From a virus, in IMG/VR virus record IMGVR_UViG_3300044726_000022, positions 1 through 59,647 of that record: a DNA stretch of 59,647 bases; one strand, 5' to 3'. This document shows positions 1 to 7,791 of the stretch, piece by piece (positions within the stretch are counted from its first letter, which is position 1; the number at the start of each line of letters is the position of its first letter). The position numbers and the translations under genes are program-made. The notes under the pieces were generated by a model. That model was not told the DNA's origin. It was given only the letters and a program-made list of their open reading frames with translations, and did no database searches.

Positions 1-127
1 CACAAGACAGCGGGATCAAGGCGCTTGAGGGCTACGATCCAAATCGGCTGAAGGAAGCAGTGGCGGCGGCGCGAGCAGTCTACGCCGCCGATAGCACGCC
101 GCGAACGGTGTCGACTGCGCTGTACTA
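1..127. repeat. Terminal overlap: exact copy of 59521..59647 (circular closure)
   Basis: Read directly: cacaagacagcgggatcaagg...gcgctgtacta is present at both window ends. 127 nt is a typical assembler k-mer overlap. Unique length is 59,520 bp. Confidence 0.95.
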
Positions 128-407
128 CGAATTTGCCAAGAGGGATCACTCGCTGGCTAAGGAGTTCTTCGAGGCCTGGGCGTCACGCAACTGGGGTGGC
201 AGGATGCGGCCGATCAAGAAGGCCTCCGAGCATCTCGCTGCCTTGCATCAGGCCTCCAACGGTCGCGTCCACGAGCTGGCGCGGATTGCCGCCTGGATCG
301 CGGCCTGGAACCTTGTGGTGGCGCGCCGCATCGGCATCAAGAATGATTTTCGGTGGCGGCCTGAAGACCCGATGCCAAAGATCAAGGGGAAGGAGAAGCA
401 GGCCTGA
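1..407 (+). CDS. ParB/Srx-fold (DGQHR-like) protein, 3' part; same gene as 58983..59647 across the junction
   Basis: The frame of track ORF 60..407 is open back to position 3 and is in phase with ATG 58983 (597 nt apart in circular coordinates). Stop is TGA 405-407. About 314 aa in the closed circle. Confidence 0.75.
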   Translation, partial: QDSGIKALEGYDPNRLKEAVAAARAVYAADSTPRTVSTALYYEFAKRDHSLAKEFFEAWASRNWGGRMRPIKKASEHLAALHQASNGRVHELARIAAWIAAWNLVVARRIGIKNDFRWRPEDPMPKIKGKEKQA

Positions 408-1234
408 TGGCTCAGCGCCCGGAAGAGATCACCATCAGGAGTATTGGCACCCTGCCAGGGCGACTGCCGCTGAACGAGGGGAACGTCCTCGCGCTCATGC
501 AGTCGATCAAGGAGGTTGGCCTGCTCCAGCCCATCGTCGTGGCGCGCAAGCGCCACGGCGTCTTTCTGGTGGCAGGGTATCACCGGCTGGAGGCGGCCAA
601 GCGCCTCAAGCACAAGGTCGTCACCGCCCTGGTCGAGAACGAGGACAGCCCGGCGGTCGAGCGCTGGCAGCTCCTCGCCGAGATCGATGAGAACCTCATC
701 CGCCGGGAGCTGACGGCAGCGCAGCGTGCCAGCCTGATCGGCCGCCGCAAGGCCGCCTACGAGGCGGTGCATCCTGAGACGAAGCACGGCGGCGCGAAGG
801 GCAACGTCGGGGAGGGGCGCGGCAAGGCCCCGGCTATTAAAGGCGCAAAGTCTGCGCCTTTAATAGGGGGCTCCTTCGTAGAGGACACCGCGACCAAGAC
901 CGGCCGCTCGACGCGCGCCGTCGAAGCAGACGCCACCCGCGCCAAGCGCCTCGGCGACGATCTCGGCAAGGTGGTTGGCACCTCGCTCGACAAGGGCGCT
1001 GAGCTGGATGCGCTGTCGGCGATGCCTGCGGAAGAGCGTGCGCCGATCATCGAGCGCGCGGTCGCTGGTGAGCGGGTGAGTGCCGTCAGGGATGACCCAC
1101 TGGTGGAGGCTAATCTCAAGCGCGCCTGGGAGGCGTTCCGCTCGGTCTGGCACCGGGCCCCTCCCGGCGCGAGGGCGGAGTTCGTCAGCATCAACCGCGA
1201 AGCTCTGCAAGAAATGTTCGACCACGAGCCTTGA
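407..1234 (+). CDS. ParB N-terminal domain (Srx-like) protein
   Basis: 275 aa. ...EVGLLQPIVVARKRHGVFLVAGYHRLEAAKRL... is the classic ParB/Srx box. Start shares one base with the upstream stop (TGATG). Confidence 0.85.
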   Translation: MAQRPEEITIRSIGTLPGRLPLNEGNVLALMQSIKEVGLLQPIVVARKRHGVFLVAGYHRLEAAKRLKHKVVTALVENEDSPAVERWQLLAEIDENLIRRELTAAQRASLIGRRKAAYEAVHPETKHGGAKGNVGEGRGKAPAIKGAKSAPLIGGSFVEDTATKTGRSTRAVEADATRAKRLGDDLGKVVGTSLDKGAELDALSAMPAEERAPIIERAVAGERVSAVRDDPLVEANLKRAWEAFRSVWHRAPPGARAEFVSINREALQEMFDHEP

Positions 1235-1282
1235 CCGCAGTCGGTCGTTCACCATTTAGGGGAAAGACCAAGGAGCACGACG

Positions 1283-1708
1283 ATGGCCCAGAACACCTTC
1301 ACCTTCACGACCCAGGTCGAGCACAAGTTCGACTTCGGCTCGCCGGTTCCTGGCGAGCTGGAGAGCGCTCATCCGACCCTGGAGATTACCTTCCGCTACA
1401 CCCCAGGCCTTCCTGCCTACACCCCTCGCGGCGAGTACGCCCCCATCGACCCGCCGGAACCGGCTGAGGTTGAGCTGATCTCCGCCAAGGTGATCGACGC
1501 CGACCACCTCACCCTCGACGACAAGAAGGTGCAGGAGATCGCGGAGGAATACCTCGCCAGCGACGACGGCTACCGCGATGCGGTGGCGCATGCTGAGGCG
1601 ACCGCCGTCGGGCCTGATCCCGACGCGGCCTACGAGGCGGCGCGGGACGACGCGCTCGACAAGATGGAGCGGTGGCACGACCACGACGATCTCGGCGGTG
1701 ATCACTGA
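1283..1708 (+). CDS. hypothetical acidic protein
   Basis: 141 aa, high GC3. Preceded by the conserved leader AAGGAGCACGACG-ATG. No domain recognised. Confidence 0.7.
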   Translation: MAQNTFTFTTQVEHKFDFGSPVPGELESAHPTLEITFRYTPGLPAYTPRGEYAPIDPPEPAEVELISAKVIDADHLTLDDKKVQEIAEEYLASDDGYRDAVAHAEATAVGPDPDAAYEAARDDALDKMERWHDHDDLGGDH

Positions 1709-1899
1709 TGGCCGCCGACATCCCGATCTACGTGCAGGACCGGGCGCAGCCCGACACGGCGGAAGCGGCTGGCAGCGCCAGTCCCTACGCCCGGCCGTGG
1801 GAGGTCGCCAACATCGTCGGCATCCCACGCCATCGCCTGATCGAGACGCGCATCGTCCGCCAGAAGGGCGAGCGGCACTGGCTCGTGGTGGCGGCATGA
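1708..1899 (+). CDS. hypothetical protein
   Basis: 63 aa track ORF; TGATG coupling to the upstream gene; GC3-rich. Confidence 0.6.
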   Translation: MAADIPIYVQDRAQPDTAEAAGSASPYARPWEVANIVGIPRHRLIETRIVRQKGERHWLVVAA

Positions 1900-2084
1900 A
1901 CGACATCACCGCCGAACGCCTGGAACAGGAGGCCCGATGGTGGGCCTTCTCAAGGCTCCCCGACGCGGGGCTTGAGCGCTTCCGCGACCACACTGCTACC
2001 CTTCTCGCCGAGCGGGACCATCCGAGCGAGCGTGAGCTGCTCGGTGTGCTCAACCGCGCCATCGAGATCAGGAGGACGCGATGA
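1896..2084 (+). CDS. hypothetical protein
   Basis: 62 aa (MNDITAERLEQEARWW...). ATG 1896 overlaps the upstream TGA (ATGA). Internal start of track ORF 1578..2084. Confidence 0.6.
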   Translation: MNDITAERLEQEARWWAFSRLPDAGLERFRDHTATLLAERDHPSERELLGVLNRAIEIRRTR

Positions 2085-2377
2085 TCATTGACGACTTCAA
2101 GGCAGCGAAGCTCGCCGCCGAGCTGGAGGAGGTCAACGGCATCCAGCAAGAGCTGGCCGACCTGATGTTCGACGCCGCCGCGACGGCGATGACGCAGTGC
2201 CGGGCGCAGGGTGCCAATCCTGGCATCTACTGGGCGATGCTGGCGACCACCATGGTGGGACTGCTCGCCTCCCAGGCGCGCGGGCTGAACGTCAGCCGGG
2301 CGCTGTTCCTGCGGACGGTCGAGGACATCTACGACCTGTCGGTGAAGGTCAACAAGACCGAAAGGTTCGACCACTGA
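2081..2377 (+). CDS. hypothetical protein
   Basis: 98 aa track ORF; ATGA overlap with the upstream stop. Confidence 0.65.
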   Translation: MIIDDFKAAKLAAELEEVNGIQQELADLMFDAAATAMTQCRAQGANPGIYWAMLATTMVGLLASQARGLNVSRALFLRTVEDIYDLSVKVNKTERFDH

Positions 2378-2439
2378 TGGACAACACCGCTCTCATCTTC
2401 GGCGTCTTCTTCCTCATCGGGTACTTGCTGGCCCGATGA
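2377..2439 (+). CDS. possible 20-aa hydrophobic micro-peptide
   Basis: MDNTALIFGVFFLIGYLLAR. Start and stop are each coupled to neighbours (TGATG, ATGA). Too short to be certain. Confidence 0.35.
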   Translation: MDNTALIFGVFFLIGYLLAR

Positions 2440-2642
2440 AGCGCAAGGGACAACGCACCTACGTTCTGACGCTCGAAGAGCAATCCAACTTCGACCCGGC
2501 GCGGCTCGTCGCGAACCTCAAGCGCCGGGGCTTTCGCTTCATCACCGATAGCTGCCCGGTCAAGCTCGTCAGGCCGTTCACGATAGAGCCTAAGCTGGAC
2601 GGCACCTTCGTCTACACACAATGGGAGGAGCCCACACAATGA
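2436..2642 (+). CDS. hypothetical protein
   Basis: 68 aa track ORF; ATGA coupling at both ends. Confidence 0.6.
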   Translation: MKRKGQRTYVLTLEEQSNFDPARLVANLKRRGFRFITDSCPVKLVRPFTIEPKLDGTFVYTQWEEPTQ

Positions 2643-3604
2643 CCGACGCCTACGCATACTGGTACGCCAAGCTCGCTGGAGAGGACCCTGATCCTCCGAC
2701 TGACCGCACGCAGCCGCCTGCCGGTCGCTGGCGCACGCAGGGCGGACAGCCGGTCGCCATCTGGCCCGACGCCAAGCAGCCCGGCTTGATGCAGGGCCGG
2801 ATCGGCATCGGCGAGAAGCGCCGCAAGCTCTCCGAGCGCGAGCTGGCCAGCATGGGCGAGATGGGCTCGTTCGGTGTCGCGATCACGCAAGCCGTCTACG
2901 AGGATGTCGCCGTGCGCGGCGAGCCGTGGCCTGACATGGACCCGGTGCTGCACGAGCAGCTCAAGCAGGCGGCGCAGCCTGGGTCCGGCCACAACCAACC
3001 GCCGACCGATCCATACGACGTGCTCGCCGAGCAGATCGGGGCCGCCACGAAGGGCACCAACGACTACGAGGTGATCGACAGCGACGAGCAGGCGGCCAGG
3101 GCGCAGAGCCTGCGCGTGCGCCTCAATGAATTGAGCCGGGGAGCTGACGATGAGCGCGAGCGGCTCAAGCGGCCTCACCTCGATGCCGGGCAGAAGATCG
3201 ACGCCCGCTGGATGCCGCTGGTGCGGCTTGCGAAGGACGCCGCCGCGTATCTGGCGACGAAGATGAGCGCCTGGGAGACGCTGAAGGTACGGCGTGGGCG
3301 GGAGGCCCAGGAGGCTCAACGGCGGCAGGAGGAAGAAGCCCAGCAACGGGACATCACCCTGCCGCCGACGGAGGCACCGCCGCCGCCCGCCGATGCACCT
3401 GGGAGGATCAGGGGCGCGTATGGCCGGGCGGCGGCGGTGACGACCGTGAAGGTGGTCGTGGTCGAGGATTGGCCCGCAGCCGCAGCCGCCCTGTCGTTCG
3501 ACCCTGGCGTCCAGGCCGCCGTCCGTAAGGCGGCTCAGCGCGCCGTCGATCTCGGGCAAGAGGTCGCAGGCGTCACCTACACCGAACAGAGGAAAGTGAA
3601 ATGA
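2639..3604 (+). CDS. hypothetical coiled-coil protein upstream of recT (possible recombination accessory protein)
   Basis: 321 aa from ATG 2639 (ATGA overlap; the track ORF begins at 2621). Central charged helical region. Its position directly upstream of RecT is the only functional hint. Confidence 0.7.
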   Translation: MTDAYAYWYAKLAGEDPDPPTDRTQPPAGRWRTQGGQPVAIWPDAKQPGLMQGRIGIGEKRRKLSERELASMGEMGSFGVAITQAVYEDVAVRGEPWPDMDPVLHEQLKQAAQPGSGHNQPPTDPYDVLAEQIGAATKGTNDYEVIDSDEQAARAQSLRVRLNELSRGADDERERLKRPHLDAGQKIDARWMPLVRLAKDAAAYLATKMSAWETLKVRRGREAQEAQRRQEEEAQQRDITLPPTEAPPPPADAPGRIRGAYGRAAAVTTVKVVVVEDWPAAAAALSFDPGVQAAVRKAAQRAVDLGQEVAGVTYTEQRKVK

Positions 3605-4710
3605 GCACGACCGAAGCCCAGCCGCCGAAGCTGCCCGCCCTGATGGTGGGCGGCGAGGTGCGACCCATCGTCCCGCAGTCGTTCGAAGACGCCTGGAGGA
3701 TCGCGGTCGTGGTCACCAAGTCGGGCCTTGCGCCGTTCGGCCTCGACACGCCTGAGAAGGCGATGGTCGCCATCATGCACGGCATGGAGGTCGGCCTGTT
3801 GCCGATGGCCGCCCTGCAGAGCATCGCCGTGATCAACGGCAAGCCCTCGATCTACGGCGATGGCTTGCTCGCCCTAGTGCGGCGCTCCGGTCTTCTGGAG
3901 GAGATCACGGAGACGTTCGCAGGCGCGGACGATGACCTGACGGCGATCTGCGCCGTCCGGCGGAAGGGTGATCCAGAGCCTACAGTGGGCTCCTTCTCGG
4001 TCGCCCAGGCGAAGCTATCGGGCCTATGGGTGCGGCTCACCAAGCATGGGGAGAAGACCCCCTGGCAGCTCTACCCCAAGCGCATGCTGCAGATGCGGGC
4101 GCGGGCCTATGCCCTGCGGGATGGCTTCCCTGACGTGCTCAAAGGCCTCGCAGTGCGCGAGGAGATGGACGACGTGGAAAGCATGCGCGACGTGACGCCA
4201 GCCTCTCCTGAGCCTCCTGTGCCGCCCCCAGGCCCTGTCTCACCGCCGCCGGTCGCTGAGACACCCCCGCCGGTCGCCCCTGCCGACGTCACCCAGACCT
4301 GGGAGGATGACGCACCGGAGGACCCTCCCGCTGCAACAGGGAGGGTCGCCAGCGCATCAGAGGAGCCCCCTGCTGCATCAGAAGGGGTCGCCAGCGCATC
4401 AGGGACGGTGGAGGACGAGCCGTTCGACCCGGAGACAGGGGAGCTGCCGCCGGACGATGACGATGACATCCCGCCGATCCCGCCGATCCTCGACCGGCGC
4501 AAGCCGCCCGAGCCGACGCCCGAGCCAGCGGGTGACGAGGTCGACTGGCTCACCGAGCTGGACAATGCCTTCTCGGGCGCTGAGGGCTCGACCGATCTGG
4601 TCGAGGAGCAGCGCGCCCGGATGGCTCCGCGCAAGGGCAAGGTGTCGCCCGCGTCGTGGAAGAAGGCGGAGCAGATGCTGCAGTCGCATGTGCTGAGGCT
4701 GCGACCGTGA
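3601..4710 (+). CDS. recT: RecT-family single-strand annealing recombinase with long Pro/acidic C-terminal tail
   Basis: 369 aa. ...MHGMEVGLLPMAALQSIAVINGKPSIYGDGLLALVRRSG...PWQLYPKRMLQMRARAYALRDGFPDVLKG... matches the RecT core as I remember it. The last ~170 aa are P/E/D-rich. Confidence 0.85.
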   Translation: MSTTEAQPPKLPALMVGGEVRPIVPQSFEDAWRIAVVVTKSGLAPFGLDTPEKAMVAIMHGMEVGLLPMAALQSIAVINGKPSIYGDGLLALVRRSGLLEEITETFAGADDDLTAICAVRRKGDPEPTVGSFSVAQAKLSGLWVRLTKHGEKTPWQLYPKRMLQMRARAYALRDGFPDVLKGLAVREEMDDVESMRDVTPASPEPPVPPPGPVSPPPVAETPPPVAPADVTQTWEDDAPEDPPAATGRVASASEEPPAASEGVASASGTVEDEPFDPETGELPPDDDDDIPPIPPILDRRKPPEPTPEPAGDEVDWLTELDNAFSGAEGSTDLVEEQRARMAPRKGKVSPASWKKAEQMLQSHVLRLRP

Positions 4711-5132
4711 GCAAAGGCGTCTTCCGGCGGAAGGGCTACACCTTGGTCCCCGCCGGGGACACCGCTCTCGACGCCGTCGGGGCCGTGAAGGACGGCGACC
4801 TGTGCTTCGTGAGCGTGCGCGCAGCCCGGAACCCAGAGCAACACAATCTTTGGTTCGCGCTCTGCTCTTTGGTCGCCGATGCCACCGACGACACGCTGCA
4901 CAATGTGCGGAAGTGGGTGCTCCACAAGTTGAACTACGTCGACATCTGGGTCGACCCGGTGACCGGCGTGGCTCACGTCGAGGCACAGTCGGTGGCATTC
5001 GAAAGCATGCCGCAGGCGGACTTCAACGCCATGTTCCAGGCATCGCTCAATGTCCTGTCCGAGCGGATGGAGACGACGCCGCAAGCCCTGCGGGACCGCT
5101 TCGAGGAGCTTCAGCGTGGCCGCGCGCCGTAA
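4707..5132 (+). CDS. hypothetical phage protein (DUF1367-like, from memory)
   Basis: GTG 4707 overlaps the recT stop (GTGA); the track ORF starts at 4656. ...AARNPEQHNLWFALCSLV... resembles the R-N-x-x-x-H-x-x-F-F-A-L signature of DUF1367 phage proteins. Confidence 0.6.
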   Translation: MSKGVFRRKGYTLVPAGDTALDAVGAVKDGDLCFVSVRAARNPEQHNLWFALCSLVADATDDTLHNVRKWVLHKLNYVDIWVDPVTGVAHVEAQSVAFESMPQADFNAMFQASLNVLSERMETTPQALRDRFEELQRGRAP

Positions 5133-5469
5133 GCATCTGACCCTGAAGACCAAGCTCGCGAGCGCACTGATGGCGTTGGGCTACGTGCCCTACGCCGACT
5201 GCAAGCAGATGACGGAGGAGCAGTTCCTCAGCCTGTTCCAGTACGATCACAATGCGCTGCACGTACACGACGGGACCGATGAGTACTGGAACCTGACGCC
5301 GATGCTGATCGTCGCGCATCGTGAGAAGACCAAGCGGGACGCAGGCGTGATCGCCAAGGTGCGGAAGCTCACCAGGGCGCAGGAGGAGACGCGCCGCATC
5401 CTGCTCAAGCCAACCGGCCACAAGCGCGAGCGCAGCTCACGCTGGCCCAAGCGACCAATGAGGAGATGA
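5116..5469 (+). CDS. HNH-like endonuclease
   Basis: ...FQYDHNALHVHDGTDEYWNLTPMLIVAHREKTKRD... has H-N-H type spacing. The start (GTG 5116 versus a later ATG) is uncertain. Overlaps the upstream gene by 17 nt. Confidence 0.55.
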   Translation: MAARRKHLTLKTKLASALMALGYVPYADCKQMTEEQFLSLFQYDHNALHVHDGTDEYWNLTPMLIVAHREKTKRDAGVIAKVRKLTRAQEETRRILLKPTGHKRERSSRWPKRPMRR

Positions 5470-5471
5470 GA

Positions 5472-5855
5472 ATGACAGACCAACCGCGTGATCTCGATGC
5501 CGAGCAAGTGCTCGACGCGCTGAAGAAGACGAAGCTTCCCGACCCGCCCAAGCTGGTGGAAGACCCAGGCCTGTCGGCCGAGCAGATCGCGCACGCCAGG
5601 ACGCGCAAGTTGGTGGACGAGCTGAAGACCGGCGGGCTGGCGCAGCTCACCGAACTGCGGGATGCGCTCGACGATCTGATGCGAGCGATCAATGCGAAGG
5701 CGGGGGATGTTGAGGAGGCGGTGGACGATCTGGCGCACACCGTGCAGGCTGCGGTGAGCATGGTCGCCGTGGTGCGACCGTCCATCGACGATCAGGCGAA
5801 GGCCGCCAGCGTCGGGCTGACGCCGCCGCCTGGAAAGATCATCACGTCACGCTGA
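5472..5855 (+). CDS. hypothetical protein
   Basis: 127 aa from ATG 5472 (GAGGAG 6 nt upstream). The track start 5466 has no spacer after the SD. Confidence 0.65.
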   Translation: MTDQPRDLDAEQVLDALKKTKLPDPPKLVEDPGLSAEQIAHARTRKLVDELKTGGLAQLTELRDALDDLMRAINAKAGDVEEAVDDLAHTVQAAVSMVAVVRPSIDDQAKAASVGLTPPPGKIITSR

Positions 5856-5867
5856 AAGGAGCACGAC

Positions 5868-6182
5868 ATGGCAACGACGCAGAAGACGACCAAGGTGAGA
5901 TCTTACGGCAGCTACAATTTCCGTACCAAGGACCCAGTCATTGACATTCTCAGGTCACTCGTGGACCTGGAAGTGCGGGTGCAATCATCAAGCTTCAACG
6001 GCGTCCTCAAGAAGGTCGCCGACAGTTCAGGCCTCAGCTACGGATGCCTGCTTGGCTGGTTCTACGGAGCCACCGCCAAGCCTTACTTCTGCAACGTCCA
6101 GCGAGCCGCGCATGCTCTCGGCGTCGAGTTCAGGCCGGATGCCGCCGGAACATCGAAGCGGTTCCCGAGCGGGAAGCACTGA
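5868..6182 (+). CDS. hypothetical protein, possible HTH DNA-binding protein
   Basis: 104 aa; leader AAAGGAGCACGAC-ATG. ...SGLSYGCLLGWFYGATAKP...AAHALGVEF looks like a helix-turn-helix segment. Confidence 0.65.
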   Translation: MATTQKTTKVRSYGSYNFRTKDPVIDILRSLVDLEVRVQSSSFNGVLKKVADSSGLSYGCLLGWFYGATAKPYFCNVQRAAHALGVEFRPDAAGTSKRFPSGKH

Positions 6183-6571
6183 TGCGGAACCTGCACCACC
6201 TCGACCCCTATCGCCTCGACACCACGGCCACGCACGGGTCGCTGGGCGATCACTACAACGGCGCTTTCCGCATCAGGTCCCATGCTGCGCCGAACCAGAC
6301 GATGGTCGTGCTCGCGTCGAGGGGCGAGGGGTGGGACCACGTCTCGGTGTCGCTCAAGCGGCGCTGCCCGTGGTGGCCAGAGATGGAGCAGATCAAGCAC
6401 CTGTTCTTCGAGCCGCACGAGACGGTGATGCAGCTCCACGTCCCGGCGTCGGATCATATCAGCTACCATCCCTACGCGCTGCATCTGTGGCGACCGCTCG
6501 ACGCGAAGATCCCCAGGCCGCCAGGGTGGATGGTGGGACCGAAAGCTGCTGTTGGGAAAGAACCGTCATGA
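6182..6571 (+). CDS. conserved phage protein of unknown function
   Basis: 129 aa from ATG 6182 (TGATG). GWDHVSVSLKRRCPWWPEMEQIKHLFF...YALHLW is a motif I recall from prophage proteins without assigned function. Confidence 0.65.
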   Translation: MRNLHHLDPYRLDTTATHGSLGDHYNGAFRIRSHAAPNQTMVVLASRGEGWDHVSVSLKRRCPWWPEMEQIKHLFFEPHETVMQLHVPASDHISYHPYALHLWRPLDAKIPRPPGWMVGPKAAVGKEPS

Positions 6572-6693
6572 CCAAGATCATGGAGCCGATCGACAGCGCC
6601 TGGGGCCGATGGGCCAAGAGATCGTGGTGGTGCTGGTGGCACGGCCATGACTGGGTAGAGTTAGTCTGCCTGCGCTGCGGTCGCCACCGTTAA
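6568..6693 (+). CDS. small Trp/Cys-rich protein
   Basis: 41 aa MTKIMEPIDSAWGRWAKRSWWCWWHGHDWVELVCLRCGRHR; ATGA coupling; read by eye from track ORF 5941..6693. Confidence 0.45.
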   Translation: MTKIMEPIDSAWGRWAKRSWWCWWHGHDWVELVCLRCGRHR

Positions 6694-6703
6694 TGCGTCG
6701 TGA

Positions 6704-7255
6704 TCAGCCAGGATCATCCACCGCCTGCGGCATCGGCTCGATGGCTGGCACCTTCGTCGGGTCTGCCTTGCCGTCGTAGTCCTTGTCGCGGATGTTCTGG
6801 AACAGCAGCGCCTCGCTGGCGCGCCGCCGGGTGAGGCCCGCCATCACCTTGCCGCCGCTCTTGTTCCACTTCTGAAATTCCGCAGCGGCTCCCTTGAAGT
6901 CACCGGCATTGACCTTCTTGAGCAGCGTCGACTTCCGCAGGTTCCCCTCGCCGACGTTGTAGGTGAAGCTCACCAGGGCGTCGAAGTGCCAGGGCTCCAG
7001 CCGGATGGTGACGGCCTTCCGCACCGCGCGCTCGTAGGCAATCATGTCGTCCCAGAACGCCGCATCGCATTCGTACTGCTCCCACGTCTCCCCGGCCTTG
7101 AACTGCTCCCCCTGCGCATTGGTGTGGCCCCAGCCGATGGTAAGCACGCCAGCCGGGCACTTGTATGCCTTGCAGTGACAGCTCTCGAAGTGCTTGATCA
7201 GGTTCGCCCCGGCGTCGGTGAGCGTGCGGTCCTCGTTCATCAGCAGCCCCTGCAT
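6704..7255 (-). CDS. endolysin, GH24 (T4/lambda-type) lysozyme
   Basis: 183 aa. ...LIKHFESCHCKAYKCPAGVLTIGWGHT...FDALVSFTYNVGEGNLRKSTLLKK...GLTRRRASEALLF is the GH24 lysozyme signature. Confidence 0.9.
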   Translation of the reverse strand: MQGLLMNEDRTLTDAGANLIKHFESCHCKAYKCPAGVLTIGWGHTNAQGEQFKAGETWEQYECDAAFWDDMIAYERAVRKAVTIRLEPWHFDALVSFTYNVGEGNLRKSTLLKKVNAGDFKGAAAEFQKWNKSGGKVMAGLTRRRASEALLFQNIRDKDYDGKADPTKVPAIEPMPQAVDDPG

Positions 7256-7315
7256 ATTGGCGGCGGCCCCGGCGGGATCGGCCCCGGCGGCGGTAGCACG
7301 CGAGAGCGCCGCCGG

Positions 7316-7528
7316 TCATCTCCGAAAGCTGGGGACATCGGCGACCCCCATGAAGTTGAGCAGCATCAGGATCGCGATCAAGCAGCCGATGACGATGACC
7401 GCCCAGCGCAGCATGGCCTTGATCTGGCCGTCGCCCCATGGGGCGCTGGCAATGATGTACAAGATCAGCGCACAGACGACACAGAGCACCACCAAGGCGA
7501 TGACGAGATAGACGAGCGAGGTGATCAC
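7316..7528 (-). CDS. holin-like protein with two transmembrane segments
   Basis: 70 aa from GTG 7528 (GGAGG 6 nt upstream; GTGA overlap). [26 protein letters not shown]...MLRWAVIVIGCLIAILMLLNF. Sits next to the endolysin. Confidence 0.55.
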   Translation of the reverse strand: MITSLVYLVIALVVLCVVCALILYIIASAPWGDGQIKAMLRWAVIVIGCLIAILMLLNFMGVADVPSFRR

Positions 7529-7791
7529 TTCCGACCTCCCTTGATGAACAGCATGGATCGCTTTTCCGGCTTGTCGTTGCCGCAGTTCTTGATGTCCTGC
7601 ACGAGCTGCATGATCAACTCGCTTTGCGTCTTGTTGCGCTCCTGCGCGTTCTCGGCGACCTGTCCCAACACGTAGGCGGCGAACGCGAGGAACCCCACGT
7701 TCACGAGCAGCAACGCAATGGCCAGCGGGACCGAGCGCATGGCCTCCACCGCCGTCCCCGCTACTTTCGCCGCAGCTTCGGGGATGGTCAT
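7525..7791 (-). CDS. single-pass membrane protein of the lysis cassette (holin/antiholin or spanin-like)
   Basis: 88 aa. One TM segment ([23 protein letters not shown]) followed by a charged helix. Lies between the tail fibre and the holin-like gene. Confidence 0.55.
   Translation of the reverse strand: MTIPEAAAKVAGTAVEAMRSVPLAIALLLVNVGFLAFAAYVLGQVAENAQERNKTQSELIMQLVQDIKNCGNDKPEKRSMLFIKGGRK

Noticed and set aside
1-127. 127-nt ends as a biological direct terminal repeat
   Set aside because: The length equals a common assembler k-mer, and an intact reading frame runs through the join. An assembly overlap of a circular or permuted molecule is the simpler explanation, although true termini cannot be located from sequence alone.
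1256-2374. 372-aa - strand ORF opposite the early small genes
   Set aside because: It covers five well-coupled + strand genes. The translation is R/G/P-rich with poor third-position bias.
7256-7319. Short ORF MTGGALAC... upstream of the endolysin as an o-spanin lipoprotein
   Set aside because: The L-A-C occurs only 8 residues from the ATG, so there is no signal peptide. The frame then continues as nonsense through the endolysin gene (track ORF 6900..7439).
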